64,000 bases of DNA, from positions 65,828 to 129,827 of the forward strand of contig MU619277.1 of assembly GCA_025201805.1 (NCBI GenBank). Reading direction: 5' to 3'. Below are positions 1 through 13,914 of the stretch, one piece after another (within the stretch, counting starts at the first letter, position 1; each line of letters opens with the position of its first letter). The position numbers and the translations under genes are program-made. The DNA is from Parasitella parasitica NRRL 2501. Its lineage: Eukaryota > Fungi > Mucoromycota. Below the pieces are notes generated by a model. That model saw nothing but the letters and a program-made list of their open reading frames with translations, did no database searches and was not told the DNA's origin.

Positions 1-531
1 CATAAAAAGCCAGCCTTGACGACAGTGAAGATAGCAAGTCCTTTTGCTTCTTTGATGACTGAAACAGGAATAATTGTATCAAATCCATTTTCAATCTCTT
101 CTTTAACTGAAACATAACATGAGGGGGGGGGGGGAAGAGGGCTGTTGGTGGATGCTCACATTTTATGCAACACATGAAACGAAAAACTTACTAATGAACT
201 GCTCCAAGATGCGAGACGCTTTCTGACATTCTTCGCCAAGACTTCCAGGAATGGGGCTGTTAAACTTGGGCCCACTTTGAGCTAGACGATGGTACATGAT
301 TCTATGTTGGTTTATACAGAATCTAGTCTTGTTTTCTACACTTACTTGCAGATGCTGCCATGTCGCCGATTTGACGAGACGCCTGCTGGCCAAACGTCGA
401 TGCGCCTATGCTTACCAGTCAACAACAACAACAACCACAGCACTAACAAAATATGGCTCCAAGAGAGACAAATCAAACTTACTTGATGCAGCGCGAGATG
501 CTTGTTCTTTGAAACGATCAAACATGGACAT
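1..531 (-). CDS. Ysc84/LSB3/SH3YL1-family (SYLF actin/lipid-binding domain) protein, 5' part; runs off the window start
   Basis: Spliced manual translation from ATG at 531 over GT-AG introns gives MSMFDRFKEQASRAAS...FNSPIPGSLGEECQKASRILEQFI|IKEEIENGFDTIIPVSVIKEAKGLAIFTVVKAGFL, matching the Ysc84 motif IPxxVLxxAKGLAIxTVxKAGF. Confidence 0.85.
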
Positions 532-730
532 TTTCTTGTTATTTTTTTTTTTTTTAATAGTTGTGATGAACAAAAGCGAAAAAGGGAAAAACAAAAAGAA
601 AAAAAAACCCCCCAAGAGTTTCTTTTATACAAATGATACACACACTCTGACACTACATCATACATTACACAATTTATGCTACACAACAGAGAATCACATG
701 TGTGAAAGGTGTATTACAACAAGGTTATTT

Positions 731-2420
731 TTAATGAAACCAAGCAAGCTTATGGATATCGTTTAGCGAGATTCGCTTGGCAGGGTCTCTTTCTAAAATT
801 GCTTGGACAACGAGCTTGGCCTCTGTCGAAATAATGCAATCCTGCGGCCATTTCACTTCGGCTCGAACGATGCGGTAAAACAGCTGAGACACTCTCTCAC
901 CCTTGCGTCGATCGTAACGGAATGGCAAATAGCCAACCAGCAGACTGTATAGAATAATGCCCAATGCCCATATATCTGTTTTCCGTCCATCGTAATCCTG
1001 CTGCTGTACAATCTCAGGCGCAGCATATTCTTCGCTTCCACATCTTGTAACTAGCAGCGGTGACTCGGGGTCGACCACACGGGCTAAACCAAAATCTGTA
1101 ATTTTCAATATTTCTTGGTCGGATTGCTTATGGATCAAGATGTCTAACAAGAGGAGAGAATGTCAGTAACATTTCGCATGTGTACTTGGAACAAAGAAAA
1201 AACCCCCCCCCCCCTCTTACTCTCTAGTTTGAGGTCTCGATGGACAATGTTGTGTTCGTGCAGATATTTGACAGCATTCAACAGCTGTAAAAACAGCGTT
1301 TTGACTTGCACCTCATCGACGCTTGTGTTTGTCAGATTCAACTGATGGTGCATTTTCTGCACAAAGTCAAACAGCTCGCCGCCCTCTACGTATTCCAGCA
1401 CTATGCACATCATCTGCTCTGTTTCCATGGTTGCTTCGAGACGAACAATGTTGAGATGGTCGATGAAATTCAATATTCCCACTTCCCTTTCTATGCTGGA
1501 TCTCACCCGGGGGTCGTCTAATAATTTGCCCTTTTGGATAGTCTTGATGGCGACAAGCTTGCCTTGTGAACTGGATGCTAAATAAACTCGGGAAAAGGCG
1601 CCCACGCCCAGCAGCTTGACAATGTGGAAGCCTCCAATATTGCTGCCGACAATATCGATGCTCTCTGCTATCTGCGATGGTATTAGGGGTATCGTGTTGG
1701 GCTGGTCTCCAAGATTAGGCTGCTCTGATAAGGTTGGGATGGCTGTTGTCGGTGTGCCTGTAAAGCAAGATAGCACAGGGATGTCTTGCTTGATGTGTGT
1801 GGCACCTATGGCTGCAGGAGGAGGGAATACAAAGTGTTTGGTGGTGTTACTATTGGGCAGAGGTGTCGGTAAGCTGTTCAAGGTGTCTGTCTGCAAGTCT
1901 GGTGTCGTGGGAGAGGGTAATGATGATTCTGTAGCATAGAGATGCTGTGGGATGGGCGATGGTGCAGGTGCCTGTGATGCCTGACGTGCAACCAATTGAC
2001 GCAGGCGATTAGCATAGCTATCATGATGATACAAGTCATCCTCTTTAAGCGTTGGTATGGATGATGTGGGCGATGACGGAGGCACACTTTGCCTTATAGA
2101 GATTTTGCGAGATATGGAGGGTGGTGGACGAGGTGTCTCGGATGACGTGTGAAAAAATGAGTTTGTCTTGCTTGTATCTGTGTTTATTTCTAGTGTGGGT
2201 GTGGGTCGACGATGATGACCACTGCCACTACTACCAACTGCTGCAGTCTAAACAGGAATTAAGATCCCAACGTTGCGCAAGGAAATATAGCCTGATGCTT
2301 ACCTGTTCTTGTTCTTGCTGCTTGTTGTGAGATGTGGTAATCTGAATAGACGTGGCCTAGCATTTTCATTGTTGACGTCCTTGTTTTATGCCAATTAAAT
2401 TCATGCTGGCTACTTACCAT
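731..2420 (-). CDS. CAMK-group Ser/Thr protein kinase with a long S/P/T-rich N-terminus (4 exons)
   Basis: Motifs LGVGAFSRV, VAIK, HRDLKLE|N, ITDFGLAR, TRCGSEEYAAPE and DIWALGIILY. Introns 2357-2417, 2248-2302 and 1144-1220 (all GT-AG) join the frames. The first coding exon is the ATG alone (2418-2420). Confidence 0.9.
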
Positions 2421-5400
2421 GACGTGGAGCGTTGTAGATGTTGAAAGGCAAGAGGCAAATGGACCGACGGAGAGAGAAAAAGGACAGAAAGGAAGGGTTT
2501 GAAACAGAAAGATTTTCAACTTGAACAATGGAAGCCATGTTATTTCGAGTCACGTACAACCACACTGCACCAATAGTTGAATCCTCATTTTTTTACTCTT
2601 TGTAGCATATTAATAAACATCAAACCGATTGGTCACAATCTCTCATTGCAATGATGACTAAAGAGCATTTATGCAAGCCAATTTGGCTATTCCTTATATA
2701 TAGAATACTGCTTTGCTATGAAAGCATACATTGATATCGAGTCATCTGTTAACATTACACATCTTCAATATTTATATCTAAAGCTCTAATTTTACTCAAG
2801 GCGCTGATTGCTACAGCACTACCAAAGGTATTCATCATTCATAATAGGCCTCAATGCACTTGCATCATGTTCGCTATGAAATGTCCTTGATCTTGATGCA
2901 TGGCCCGACGTAGTGAGGTCAACCACAACAGCATATTTATCTGGATCAAACCTTGCGTAGTGCTACCCCACTCCCCAATTATTCCTCATCATGCCATCAA
3001 CTTGCTTTGTCGCACGAATTTCCAGACGAGGCAGGCTCCTTGTGAAATGTCTATTATCAAGTTGGAGATGTATGCTGGTGCTCTTACACCCAGTTAAGAC
3101 TATAACATCTGCTTTTCTGCATCCACATATATTCTTTGTGCAAGTGTCTACATAGGCACTTGGTACCATTCTTGAGACCCCAAAATCAGCCAAAAAAAAA
3201 GGCAAGCCATCTGGGATTCATTCAGTGCATGATCCGTGGTACTGGATTTGGCTCTCAAACACGAAGATGTGCATTTTGACAGGACTAGTCTGAAACTGCT
3301 TGGAATACAAATGCCCTTTCATATCACACAACTTGTGAACTTGGGGGGGGGGGTTTGACTTTCAACAACAAGAAAATTAAATGGAGGCAAGGCGCTGCAT
3401 CTACCAAATAGTTTAAATTGAATGCCATTTTTAGTCCTATTTCCATGGATTGTCATTCCATGGATGCAATTCCAAGGAGGATAATCTCAATACCGAGGCC
3501 TCCATATGCATAAAGTGGAACACCTTACCACGCGTTTTTTTTTTTTTTTTTGCAGGTGGCATTTTGATTTTTTTACTGATTTACGGAGGATGAAGTGTGA
3601 GGAGTGTCTTTCGAAAAATCACAACGACCTTACGCTTTCGAGGCTGAGAACATTAGATGCCTTGTCAGTTAAAGCTGTTAATGCAAAACTAGCGGTAGTT
3701 TTAAACATACAATACTTACCTTTCTGTCTCTTTTGGTTTTATAGTCAACACAGAGCCAAAATGGTCATGGTTTCTAAAATAACAAAAAATAAGGAAGGTG
3801 AGGGGGGGGGGCAGACTTTAATTAATGCTTTGAATGCATTTTTGAGGCTATGAGAAGAGCCATGCTGCTAAAAAAAAACTCCCTCCCCATTAATTTATGA
3901 GGTTTCAAGGCGATGTTCACCGTTTCTTGTGAATCCAACCTCAACAACGATATCTTCAATATCTACTTGTAGTGCACAACATGGAATTTTTTTTGTTTTC
4001 GAAATCTTGGCATGATGGATATTATCGGGTATAATTCAATCCATAGAAGATTATTACAATCTTTTTATTTTTCCATGACACGGGCGTCAGTTCATTTATT
4101 AGCTGAGTTGACCTGTCAAAGTAGTTGCCTTCCAAAAAGAAGGCAAAGTGAGTTACATTAGCAACGGACAGAATTTTCTACGTTCAAAAATATTGCTGTC
4201 GTATCAAAATAAAGAAGCAAATCTTACGAGTTTTAAGATATAACTATTTCAAAAGTAGCTTAAATTGCATTTTGTGAAATAAGCTCATATATAGCTGACG
4301 GAAAATCAAGTATTACATAAATGTGGTACCAACTTAGAGCAGACTAATATGCTCTTTTGCTATAAACTGTAACTGGCAATCAAAACCTAATCTATTTGAT
4401 AAGCAGTATATATTATAATACCCAGGAGTATATTTTTTCTTTGTGAAAAGGTACAGATGCATACGGAGCAACCAATCATGGCGCAAAACAAGTGAAAATC
4501 ACATGTGTCACGGAAGTCTTTTACTAAAATATCGCTATCTTATCACCTTCCTTTTTCTGTAGGGTGATCCCTTATTATATGGGAGAAAAGACGCGACCTA
4601 TTGAGCATCTTTGATGGAATAAACGTTGCGTATATGATTACAAGGATTCCTTTCATGAAATAGCGCTTCCATTTTATTGTTGGGATCGCAATACCTTTTT
4701 GACTTACTACTGCTGTTAGCGAATAGCATCGAATAAATACAATGCAACAACATTCGAGCACACAACCGCATCTCAAACCCAGGATTAGATGTGTACAATA
4801 GTAGGCTGATTTTTCAAGTGAAATTTGAAACCTATTTATACATGCAACCCATCTTGATTGTTGTAATCATTTATCCGTTGGAAAGATCTAATGCGTATTT
4901 CGCCCAAAAATGTAAAGGGTAGTATGTTTATATGAATGTCTGCTAGTGATTCAGCCAACTATCAGCCATCCCGTATGAGGAGCCGTGGATCAATGCAATC
5001 CCACTTTCTTAGTACGAGTACACCAAATGTTGTCCATGTGAGTCATTTCTTATCTTTGATCGGAGACTCTTAGGAAATCCCAGGAACCACAAATAAAATG
5101 GCTTGCACAAACAAATGCGCGCGCTTTGCATTGCAAATGCTTGATTTGCTCTATTTGTATCAACCCAAAAATAAACACGACAAACAAAAGAGGCCTGATT
5201 CATGCAAAACATGTGTGTAGTTGTATTTCGGAGATGATCGTAAAGAAACTAGGGCGAAAGATCAAAATAAGCAATTTGACAATATGTAGGCATTTAAGGT
5301 TTTCGAACCAATAATACGTTGGTGACCCCACAACTGAAGGTCTTATCTATACGCTTTAGCAGTCATTTCCGCCCATACGGCCAATTCAATGACATCTCCC

Positions 5401-5543
5401 CATCCCTGCTACCCTCCTTATATTCTATGAATCATTTCATTCAATCTCACATCTCTTCTTCTTTTCTTTTCTTTTTCTTTTTTTCTTTTTTTTTTTTGTC
5501 TTTAACCTTTTCTTTTATATTTTAATATAATTCAATTGCAAAT

Positions 5544-8035
5544 ATGGCTCATCAAGCTCGTATCAACACTGTCGTGGAGTCTCTTACAAGAGGTCCCCGC
5601 AACGTCGTTTTCCCTCAGAAAAATGGCCAGGTGCAGCCTGTCTCGGAGATCTTTGGGCAAAATGTCTTTACACGTAGCGAAATGGCCAAGATGTTGCCCA
5701 AGCCAGTTTACAAGACCTTTGTCCAAACCTTGAAGGGTAAGAGCACCATTGACAAGGTCACTGCCGATGCCATTGCTCATGCCGCCAAGGTCTGGTCCAT
5801 TGAGCGTGGTGCTACTCATTTCACTCACTGGTTCCAGCCCTTGAATGACTCCACTGCTGAAAAGCACGATTCTTTTTTGACTCTCAAGTCTTCGTTTGTG
5901 GATGGCTCCGAGGTTGTAAGTATATTTCCTTTATTTTTGCAAATGCGTGATTTGACATGATCTAAATACAAACGTTAATGGAATCAAGGTTACTGCTATT
6001 GATACCTTCTCTGGCTCTCAATTGTTGCAATCGGAACCCGATGCTTCATCATTCCCTTCAGGTGGTATGCGTAGTACATTTGAAGCTCGTGGTTACACTG
6101 TTTGGGATACTAAGAGGTAACAATGATATGGAGTNNNNNNNNNNTCACAACACTGGAGCAGCAAATTAACTTTTACATGAAAAAAAAAAAGCCCCATGTT
6201 TATCCAAGAAGGCCCTCATGGTACCTCTGTTCTCTATATTCCCTCCGTATTCATCTCTTACAACGGCGAGGCTCTGGACGAAAAGTCAGTTCTTTTAAGA
6301 TCTTCCGAGGCTTTGGAAAGAGTCGCCTTGGAAGTCCTTAATGTCATTGAACCCAAGGATTCTGGTAAGTGACAGGAAAAAAATAAAATAAAAAGGAGGT
6401 AGATAAAAGTCCGGTTTTAAATAATGCATTGTCAATGTAGACTCACGTTCTAAACTCGTCTACACTACCCTCGGAACTGAACAAGAGTACTTCTTGATTG
6501 ATCGCTCGCTCTACACCCTTCGTCCTGATCTCAAGATTACTGGCCGTACCTTGATTGGCGGTCTCCCTCCCCGCCACCAGCAATTAGAGGACCATTATTT
6601 TGGCAAGATCCCCACTCGTGTATTGTCTGCCATCAGTGAATGCGAATTAGAGCTTGCCAAACTGGGTGTTCCCATCAAGACCCGCCATAACGAAGTCGCC
6701 CCCGCTCAATTCGAAGTTGCTCCCATCTTTGAGGAAGCTCTGTTGGCTGTCGATCACAATCTGTTGACCATGGATGTTTTGCATCGTGTCGCTCATCGTC
6801 ACAAGCTCAAGGTTTTGTTCCATGAAAAGCCATTCCAAGGTGTAAATGGTTCCGGTAAGCATTGTAACTGGAGTATGTCTACCGATAATGGCGAAAACTT
6901 GTTGGATCCCTCAAGCACTCCCGAGACCAACTACCGTTTCTTGCTCTTTTTGGTCGCTACTCTCAAGGCTGTCTTGGATCATGGTGATCTTTTGCGCGCT
7001 GGTATTGCCTCTGCTTCCAACGACCACCGTCTAGGTGCTCAAGAAGCTCCTCCTGGCATCATCTCTGCTTTCTTGGGTTCTCAATTGACCGAAGTTCTTG
7101 ATTCTGTTGAGGAGGGTCGTGATGTCAACTACGGCGCTGCCGGCCTTGAGTTCCAGCACGTCCGTGTCAAGGGCACAGTTCTTGACTTGAAGGTTGCCAA
7201 CTTGCCTCCCATCTCCCGTGATTTGACTGATCGTAACCGCACCTCTCCTTTTGCCTTCACCGGTAACAAGTTTGAGTTCCGTGCTGTTGGCTCCAAACAA
7301 TCGCCCTCTTTCCCCATGACCTTGCTGAACTCTGCTGTTGCCAAGGCATTGACCGAAGTTTTGGCTGATTTGAACGAAGCCAAGGGCGACAAGCCTGTAG
7401 CTTCCGAGGAGGACCAACTTCAAGTTATTCGCAAGTACATTAAATTGACCAAGTCTGTCCGCTTTGAGGGTGACAACTATTCCGATGAATGGGTCCAAGA
7501 AGCTGAGAAGCGTGGATTAGCAAACATTAAAAAGAGCCCTGATGCTTTCGTTCGTCTCTTGAGAAAAGAAAATGCAGATATGTTGAAGGAAATGGGTGTC
7601 TTTTCTGATGCTGAATTGAACTCTCGTTACCATATTTTGGTTGAAAAGTATGCCAAGGATGTTACAATTGAAGCCCAAACCATGATTACCATGATTATCC
7701 AACAAGTCTTACCTGCTGCCTACGAATACAGACGCAATCTAGCTGAATCTGCCTCCTTCATGAAGACCGTTGGCGTTGAATCCTCTCCCGAGGTCGACTT
7801 GTTGAACGAATTAACTCCCATTGTTGGCTCTCTGCAAAAAGACATCACTGCTCTCAAACACCTCATGGTCGATCTCCTCAACGTTGAGGACATTGTTGTG
7901 CTGGCTGACAGATGCTGCAATGAGGTCCTCCCCAAAATGCAGGTCATTCGTGAGTTGGCTGACAAGCTGGAGCGCAACGTTGCTGACAAGTTGTGGCCTT
8001 TGCCCAAGTACACTGAATTGTTCTTGAACATCTAA
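5544..8035 (+). CDS. Glutamine synthetase type III (GSIII, GlnN/GlnA3-like), 4 exons
   Basis: GSIII signatures [95 protein letters not shown] and [22 protein letters not shown]. Three GT-AG introns; strong codon bias. Confidence 0.95.
6135..6144. other. Assembly gap (10 N) inside GSIII intron 2
   Basis: Run of n characters. Confidence 0.99.
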
Positions 8036-8714
8036 GTTGTGTGTTTTTTTTATTGTTACTATTTCTATCTACTTCATTTCATTCAATTATATATTTCCAT
8101 GGTTTCTTCTGTTGTAAACATACAAACAAACAAAAAACAAAAAACAAAAAAAAAGAGAAAAAAGCAATTGCTTTTTTGTGTAGTAATAATAAATTCTAGT
8201 AGTATCGACTGCTCAAGCAAAAGCTGCTTGCAAAGCGTATATGCAAAAATATTCATTGTCAATCCTTTACTTGTTTAAAAATAGGATGTTTTGTATTTAA
8301 TGCCGCAAAACTAAAATACCAGGACAAAGACCAGGTTTTGTTCATTATACGAAAGCAAACTACCACAACAGTAACCACTCACTTTTACTCATGGCAGAAG
8401 CTTCCTTTGATGTTGCTATGATACCGAAATGCGAAGATTTAATTTTAGCTACCGTTACAGTACAGTAAGTAGTGAGAATCGATCTGTTTGTGTCACAAGA
8501 TTGCGTAGAAAGGACCTCTATCATACAAAGTAGGAGGAGGAGGAGGGAATATTCGATCAGGAGCTAAATAGATGTTTAGGTGTTGATCCCCTTAAACTCA
8601 TCCTTCTTCCCTTTTTTTTTGTCTCTCTCTCTCACTTTCACATCTCTATCTTTTTTTCTCTTGATCAAACATTGGTTAGCTTTCCTACGGCAAGATACAT
8701 AATCATTTAAAAAA

Positions 8715-10171
8715 ATGGTTACGCTTCAAAAAATTGTAAGGCGTTGATGATCAACCGGCTTGTATCCATCACTGATGCTGACTTTTATTAAATGTAGAAA
8801 GATCGAATAAATCAGTCGAAATGGACCAAGCTGTATATCATTATTGCATGTCTGCAGGGAATTACCATCATAGCATTACAAGCAGCGATTGCCTACTACA
8901 ATACAGCTCAGGTCAACCGAGGGTTGGAATCAGACGCTATACAAAGCTACGATCTAGACGACTTTGAGCAAGAAGCCATCACTGATGCAATTGAAAGACT
9001 AAGACGAATCAAATGGGAGAACATTGCATTTATTGGATTTCAATTCTGGTTTGTTGGCATGTCATTTGATGCAGTAGGTACTCATTCATTTAGCTTGCAC
9101 ACTATCATTAACCCTGCTGGATTTTTTTTAGACAGTTTATCAAAACGCTGCAGAGGTGATTGCATTAGCTGTCATGAATTTGGCTTGTGCAATCTTTGGA
9201 GCTTTAGAAGTCATCGATGGCAAACGCTGGCTGAAAATACTGACCGACATCAAACTGAAGCATGCGATTCCCATCATTACAACACCTATACAGGTTGCTT
9301 TTTACGTCGAAATTGCCTTATCCATCTGCGTAGGCCTGTACGCCATCCTATTTGCCTATCTCTCATTTGCTGTAGTCCGAGAATTTGGATGGGTTATTTA
9401 CAAGAAAATAGGCGCTGACTTGGCGATACAACGTATGTATATCATTATCTACCATCTGCCACAAATGCTATTTGCTCAACATGGTTATAAATGCTTTGTA
9501 GGGATGTACAGAACAGTACAGCTGTTTGTATTGGCATTGAAAATCGATATTTTTATTGAATTTTTGGTTTCTGTATTCTACTTGATCCAGTTTGCTTTGA
9601 AGAGTGGATTCAGCTCCTGGACAACGTATGTATTCGTTGTCATCACCATACTCATGCTACCCATGCTTTATTTCGGACGTTCCGCTGTAAGTTGTATATT
9701 ATATACTATTGGAAATGAAGGAGTAGCACATGTATACTTACTTTATATAGGTGGCAAGCGAGAGCCCATTCAAGGTCATTGTCTTTGTCATCTTTCAGCT
9801 ATGCATAGTGTTTCAGCTGGTGCTGATAGCGATTGAAGCAACGTCAGGTAAAGACTATTGGTACACATGGATCTGTTTTGGTAAGTGAATAGTAAATTAA
9901 CACGCAGAAAAGAAAATCAAGGCTAACAAATTCATCACTGATAGTTATCCTTGGAATGATCATTGCTGTGGTAAGTGTGTATAGATTGACATGATGGGTT
10001 TATTATCCTTGATTAAAAATTCAACAGGCAACCGCTGTTCTGGCTATACTGTGCATGGTCAACTTTGGAAAAGGATTAAAGCCATACATTCAAAGAGGTG
10101 CGGAAAAGAAGGAAATCCTTGAACAAATACAGAAACAACCTAGTGGACAGTGGATCATTGATGAAGATTAG
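8715..10171 (+). CDS. Multi-pass membrane protein, UPF0658-like fungal family, multi-exon
   Basis: Hydrophobic exons joined by GT-AG introns; motifs REFGWVIYKKIGAD, LALKIDIF and C-terminal NFGKGLKPYI; stop TAG at 10169-10171. Confidence 0.75.
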
Positions 10172-10181
10172 GCTTTGCGGT

Positions 10182-11172
10182 CTACTTCGATCTGAACTCT
10201 GGACTTCTACTTCTGCTATCTCTACTATCTCTTCTTCTTCTGCTTCTTCTGCGTCTGTTATCATCATGTTCTCGACGGCTATGGTAATAGTCATCACGAT
10301 AGTGATGTCTTTTGCTACGTGAAGGTGATCTTGATCTTGATCTATATCTGCGGCGTGGAGGAGGAGATCGACTATATTTTCTGTTGCTACTACTACTACT
10401 ACTATTTTTACCTCGGACATCCTAATATCACATTCATTTTAATAAAATTCTATTGCTTACAGAATAGAAAACTTACAAAGCGAGAACTTCTCTTTCTGAC
10501 TTCTTCGAAAGCATCAAACTCCTCAGCCTTCTTTTGACGGATCGTATCCATCACCGAATCACGCTGAACTCTTCTTTCATCTTCTTGTGTTTGCTTTCGA
10601 CGCAATTCTTCTTTCTTTTGCTCAATAAACTCTTGTGGAATACCTCCCACTGAATTTTGCGCACTTAACAACAGCTTCCAGAGTTCGCCCATAAACGGTT
10701 GCGTTTTGCCCTCCAGAAATCCTGTTAGATTGATTTGCATTCTTTTAGGATCTTGAGCCTTTATATTCATCGTCAGTATAAGTAAAAAAGCAACGCTATA
10801 TTGTACTATACCTTTTCTTCTAGCAGACTGCAGGTGTAATCGATCACTACCTCATCCTCAAACCCAAGAAGCTCGGTTATTCTATTACTTATCCAAGGTT
10901 TAATAACATCCAAGTTGACTTTTTTCATATCCACCTAGTTGGTATTTAGTCAAAAAAAAAACTAAAATCAATCCAGTTGCAGAATGGAACCTGCGCTCAC
11001 CTTTTGATCAAATTCTGAAGGAAAGGTCATCGTCTTGAGCAACTTCTTCTCCTTGTTGCTGAAACGACTATCTTGATCAGCACTTGTACCCTATGCGTAT
11101 AAACTGGTTAGAATAACCATTTTGTACAATTTAACCAAAGCGTTTTACCTTGAAGAAGCCAGCGTCACCCAT
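10182..11172 (-). CDS. PWI-domain SR-related splicing protein (SRm160/SRRM1-like)
   Basis: MGDAGFFK|GTSADQDSRFSNKEKKLLK...KPWISNRITELLGFEDEVVID...DPKRMQINLTGFLE...FMGELWKLLLSAQ, followed by an RS-rich last exon (RSRSRSPSRS) ending at TAG 10184-10182. Confidence 0.92.
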
Positions 11173-11687
11173 ATCTATGACACTTGAAAAGAATGAAAAG
11201 ATGAGTGTACAGCAAACCAAAACTTTGGGCGTTTTAACAACAGGCCAAGAGAAATTTTTTTAAAGCTAGTCGCTGACTGCTGCATTAACATCATGGAGTT
11301 GTAGAATCATTTTATTTTTTTAAGGCTATTTACAATTGATTCAAAAAGAAATCAGGCAACTAATGCCATACAGATGTTCTTTTTTCTATTTGATACAAAT
11401 CTCTTGTAAGCATTCGATTTTGAAAAAAAGGCGTATTACGTTCAATCAGTATATAATAATGAGTACTATATTGAGGTCGTTGTCGTTTTTAATCCAAATG
11501 ATTTGCCTTCGAGATTGATGTTTTTGCTGTTTTCATTGTTTTTTTTTTTTTTTTTTTTTTTGCCAGTTTTATTATAGTTTTGTTGATTCATACAAGCTTG
11601 GAACAATTAGTAGCCTATGATATAGTAATCAAATCAATAAAAGTGAATTATATAAACATATATTATATACATTGTGCTTACAAGCTA

Positions 11688-12374
11688 TTAAAGAGAAACA
11701 TAAAAATGAGTGTTTCGGATCATGGTGGTTTGATCATCCTCGTAATAAATATAAACAAGCACAAATTCGTTAAAGTTGACTTGTCGCCTCGATGAAATAT
11801 TATGCATACGATCATCTTCTGATTCTACTGAATCTTGGGATAAGATCAATGGAGCAGTGTCATAAGAGGACGCCGACATGTCACGGGCCATAGGCGCGGA
11901 TGCAAGTGTTGGTGATAGTATTGAAAATGATGGGGATCTCTGATCATGAGATGGAGAAACGGAGGGGGAAGGGAAAGGAGAAGTAGGAGGAGGGAAAAGT
12001 TCGTATGTAGATTCGGTTCTAACAAGTCTAGGAATTGGTGTGTCAGAAGATGTAGCGGGTGAAGGCGATGGCAAGGATGTATCATGAAAGGAGGGAAGAG
12101 AAGTTAGGGCCAGAGGCGAGGGCAAGGTAGAATGACGAGGCGAGGAAGACGCAGAGAAAGTTGCAGAGAAAGACGCAGAGGAAGTTGCGGGCTCGCATTT
12201 GACAGGATTCAATTTTTGCTTTCTCGATGGTTGTTGCTGGTAAGGGTCTTCATTAACTTTTCTTTTTCTATTAACAACAGGATTGTGCTACAATACTAAT
12301 TAATACAGACATAATCGATATTTTGTAAGCATGCAAATACTTACAGGAAACTCGAAACCAGAACGTAATAGCAT
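11688..12374 (-). CDS. Small Ser/Pro-rich disordered protein with a C-terminal RVxF-like motif
   Basis: ATG 12374 MLLRSGFEFP, then a GT-AG intron, then HNPVVNRKRKV... in frame with the 174-aa ORF. Basic NLS-like RKRK; C-terminal RRQVNFNEFVLVY. Confidence 0.65.
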
Positions 12375-13914
12375 TTTCAAATATAGATTAAAATAGTACT
12401 CGAAGAAGTGCAATGTTTGCGTAAAACAAATTAAAAATGCTTCTACAAGAGGGAAAGAGCAAAGAAACAAAAGCATGAATTAATTTCAAAATATCAGTTT
12501 ATATATAATAAACATCCTCTATATGTCTATTATCACGTTTACAATTCTTTCAGAATGAGAACAATATCCCTTGTGCATAGATATATTAATAAATTTTCGA
12601 AAAGATGCTCTTTCAGCAATATATTTAAATGTCACTTCAAGGACATTAGACAATGGTCCATGAATAATCGCATTTTCTTAGATTCAACCTTTTATCTTTG
12701 TATAGAACAAAAAGACCAGATAATCCATTATTCATTGAAACTGGGCGATCTATATCATACATCATAGTGATAGCTAAAAAGGCAAATTAATTGATGTACA
12801 TTAATGTAAGATACACCTGAGAAGACCCTAAATTGTGTCATGAGTTACAATTCCCATATAGTTTTGAAACTTTTAAGCAATTCTTCAATTAGAACACATG
12901 CGTTTATATTAAACATTATAATGAGGAAAACACTGTTGATAGCATTGAAGGCTCCTGGTGACAAGTATTACGCTTCTTATTTTAAAAAGCACGATGTGTA
13001 ATGTAGATAGGTCCAACTTTTGCAAATAATCCTATCGCATCCTAAACGTTTGCTTACTTTAATTTCTTCCACCTATCAAGCTATCAAATCAAGTATTATG
13101 AATGTAACTGGTGCTTGGAATTTTTTATCACTTAAATATATCAATGAAACAAAAAGTAAAAACACACAACGCTTTAGTAGTATTCATACAACAATGATCA
13201 TATGGGTAGTGTTTCTTACAATACTACCAGGCAATACTTTTTTGAGCTAGAAAATGTATGCCGTAATGAACCATATATGAAAGTGATTCACAGAAATCTT
13301 GTATATTTGACTCACAAAGTTGTAAAACTTCGATTAACTATTTTAGCAGATAGATATTAGGTACAACTGAGGTGTTGTAAAGAATTAAAGCAAAATGGAT
13401 GGATACTGCTTAAACTGATGGTGTTGTTTCTACTTGAGATTACATCATGTTGCTTTATTTCAAAATTGAGATGCCTGTATTTCGTTAATATGTAACCAAG
13501 TCAAATGATATATATAACTGTATTAAAACTATAAGAGCTATTTGCAATAATATATTGAGACGGATTTGTGTTCTCCAGGGGAATTGGTGTTGACTATGTA
13601 AATTTTGTAATAATGAAAAAAATTCCAATGATGTCTATTCAGTGCATTTATATTTTCAATCACTATCTATTGTTTTATCTTAAAGCTATGGCAGATCAAA
13701 CAACATATATCCATCCATTTGAAAATCTTATTTTCTAATTGATAATATCTTGGTTCCTTGATACATTTTCTTTCAAATGGGGTTCATTTGACCAGAGTAT
13801 TAGTGGTACCTTCGCTGGCGTAAATAAAATCATGATCAATTAGCCATTTAGATACATCCACAATTGATAGCCAATAAAATCTCGTTTTTAATTAAATTCC
13901 GACAGCAAAATGCG

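Noticed and set aside
2963-3205. Short ORF containing LADFGVSR (kinase DFG-like)
   Set aside because: No HRD, APE or glycine loop in any neighbouring frame; likely chance.
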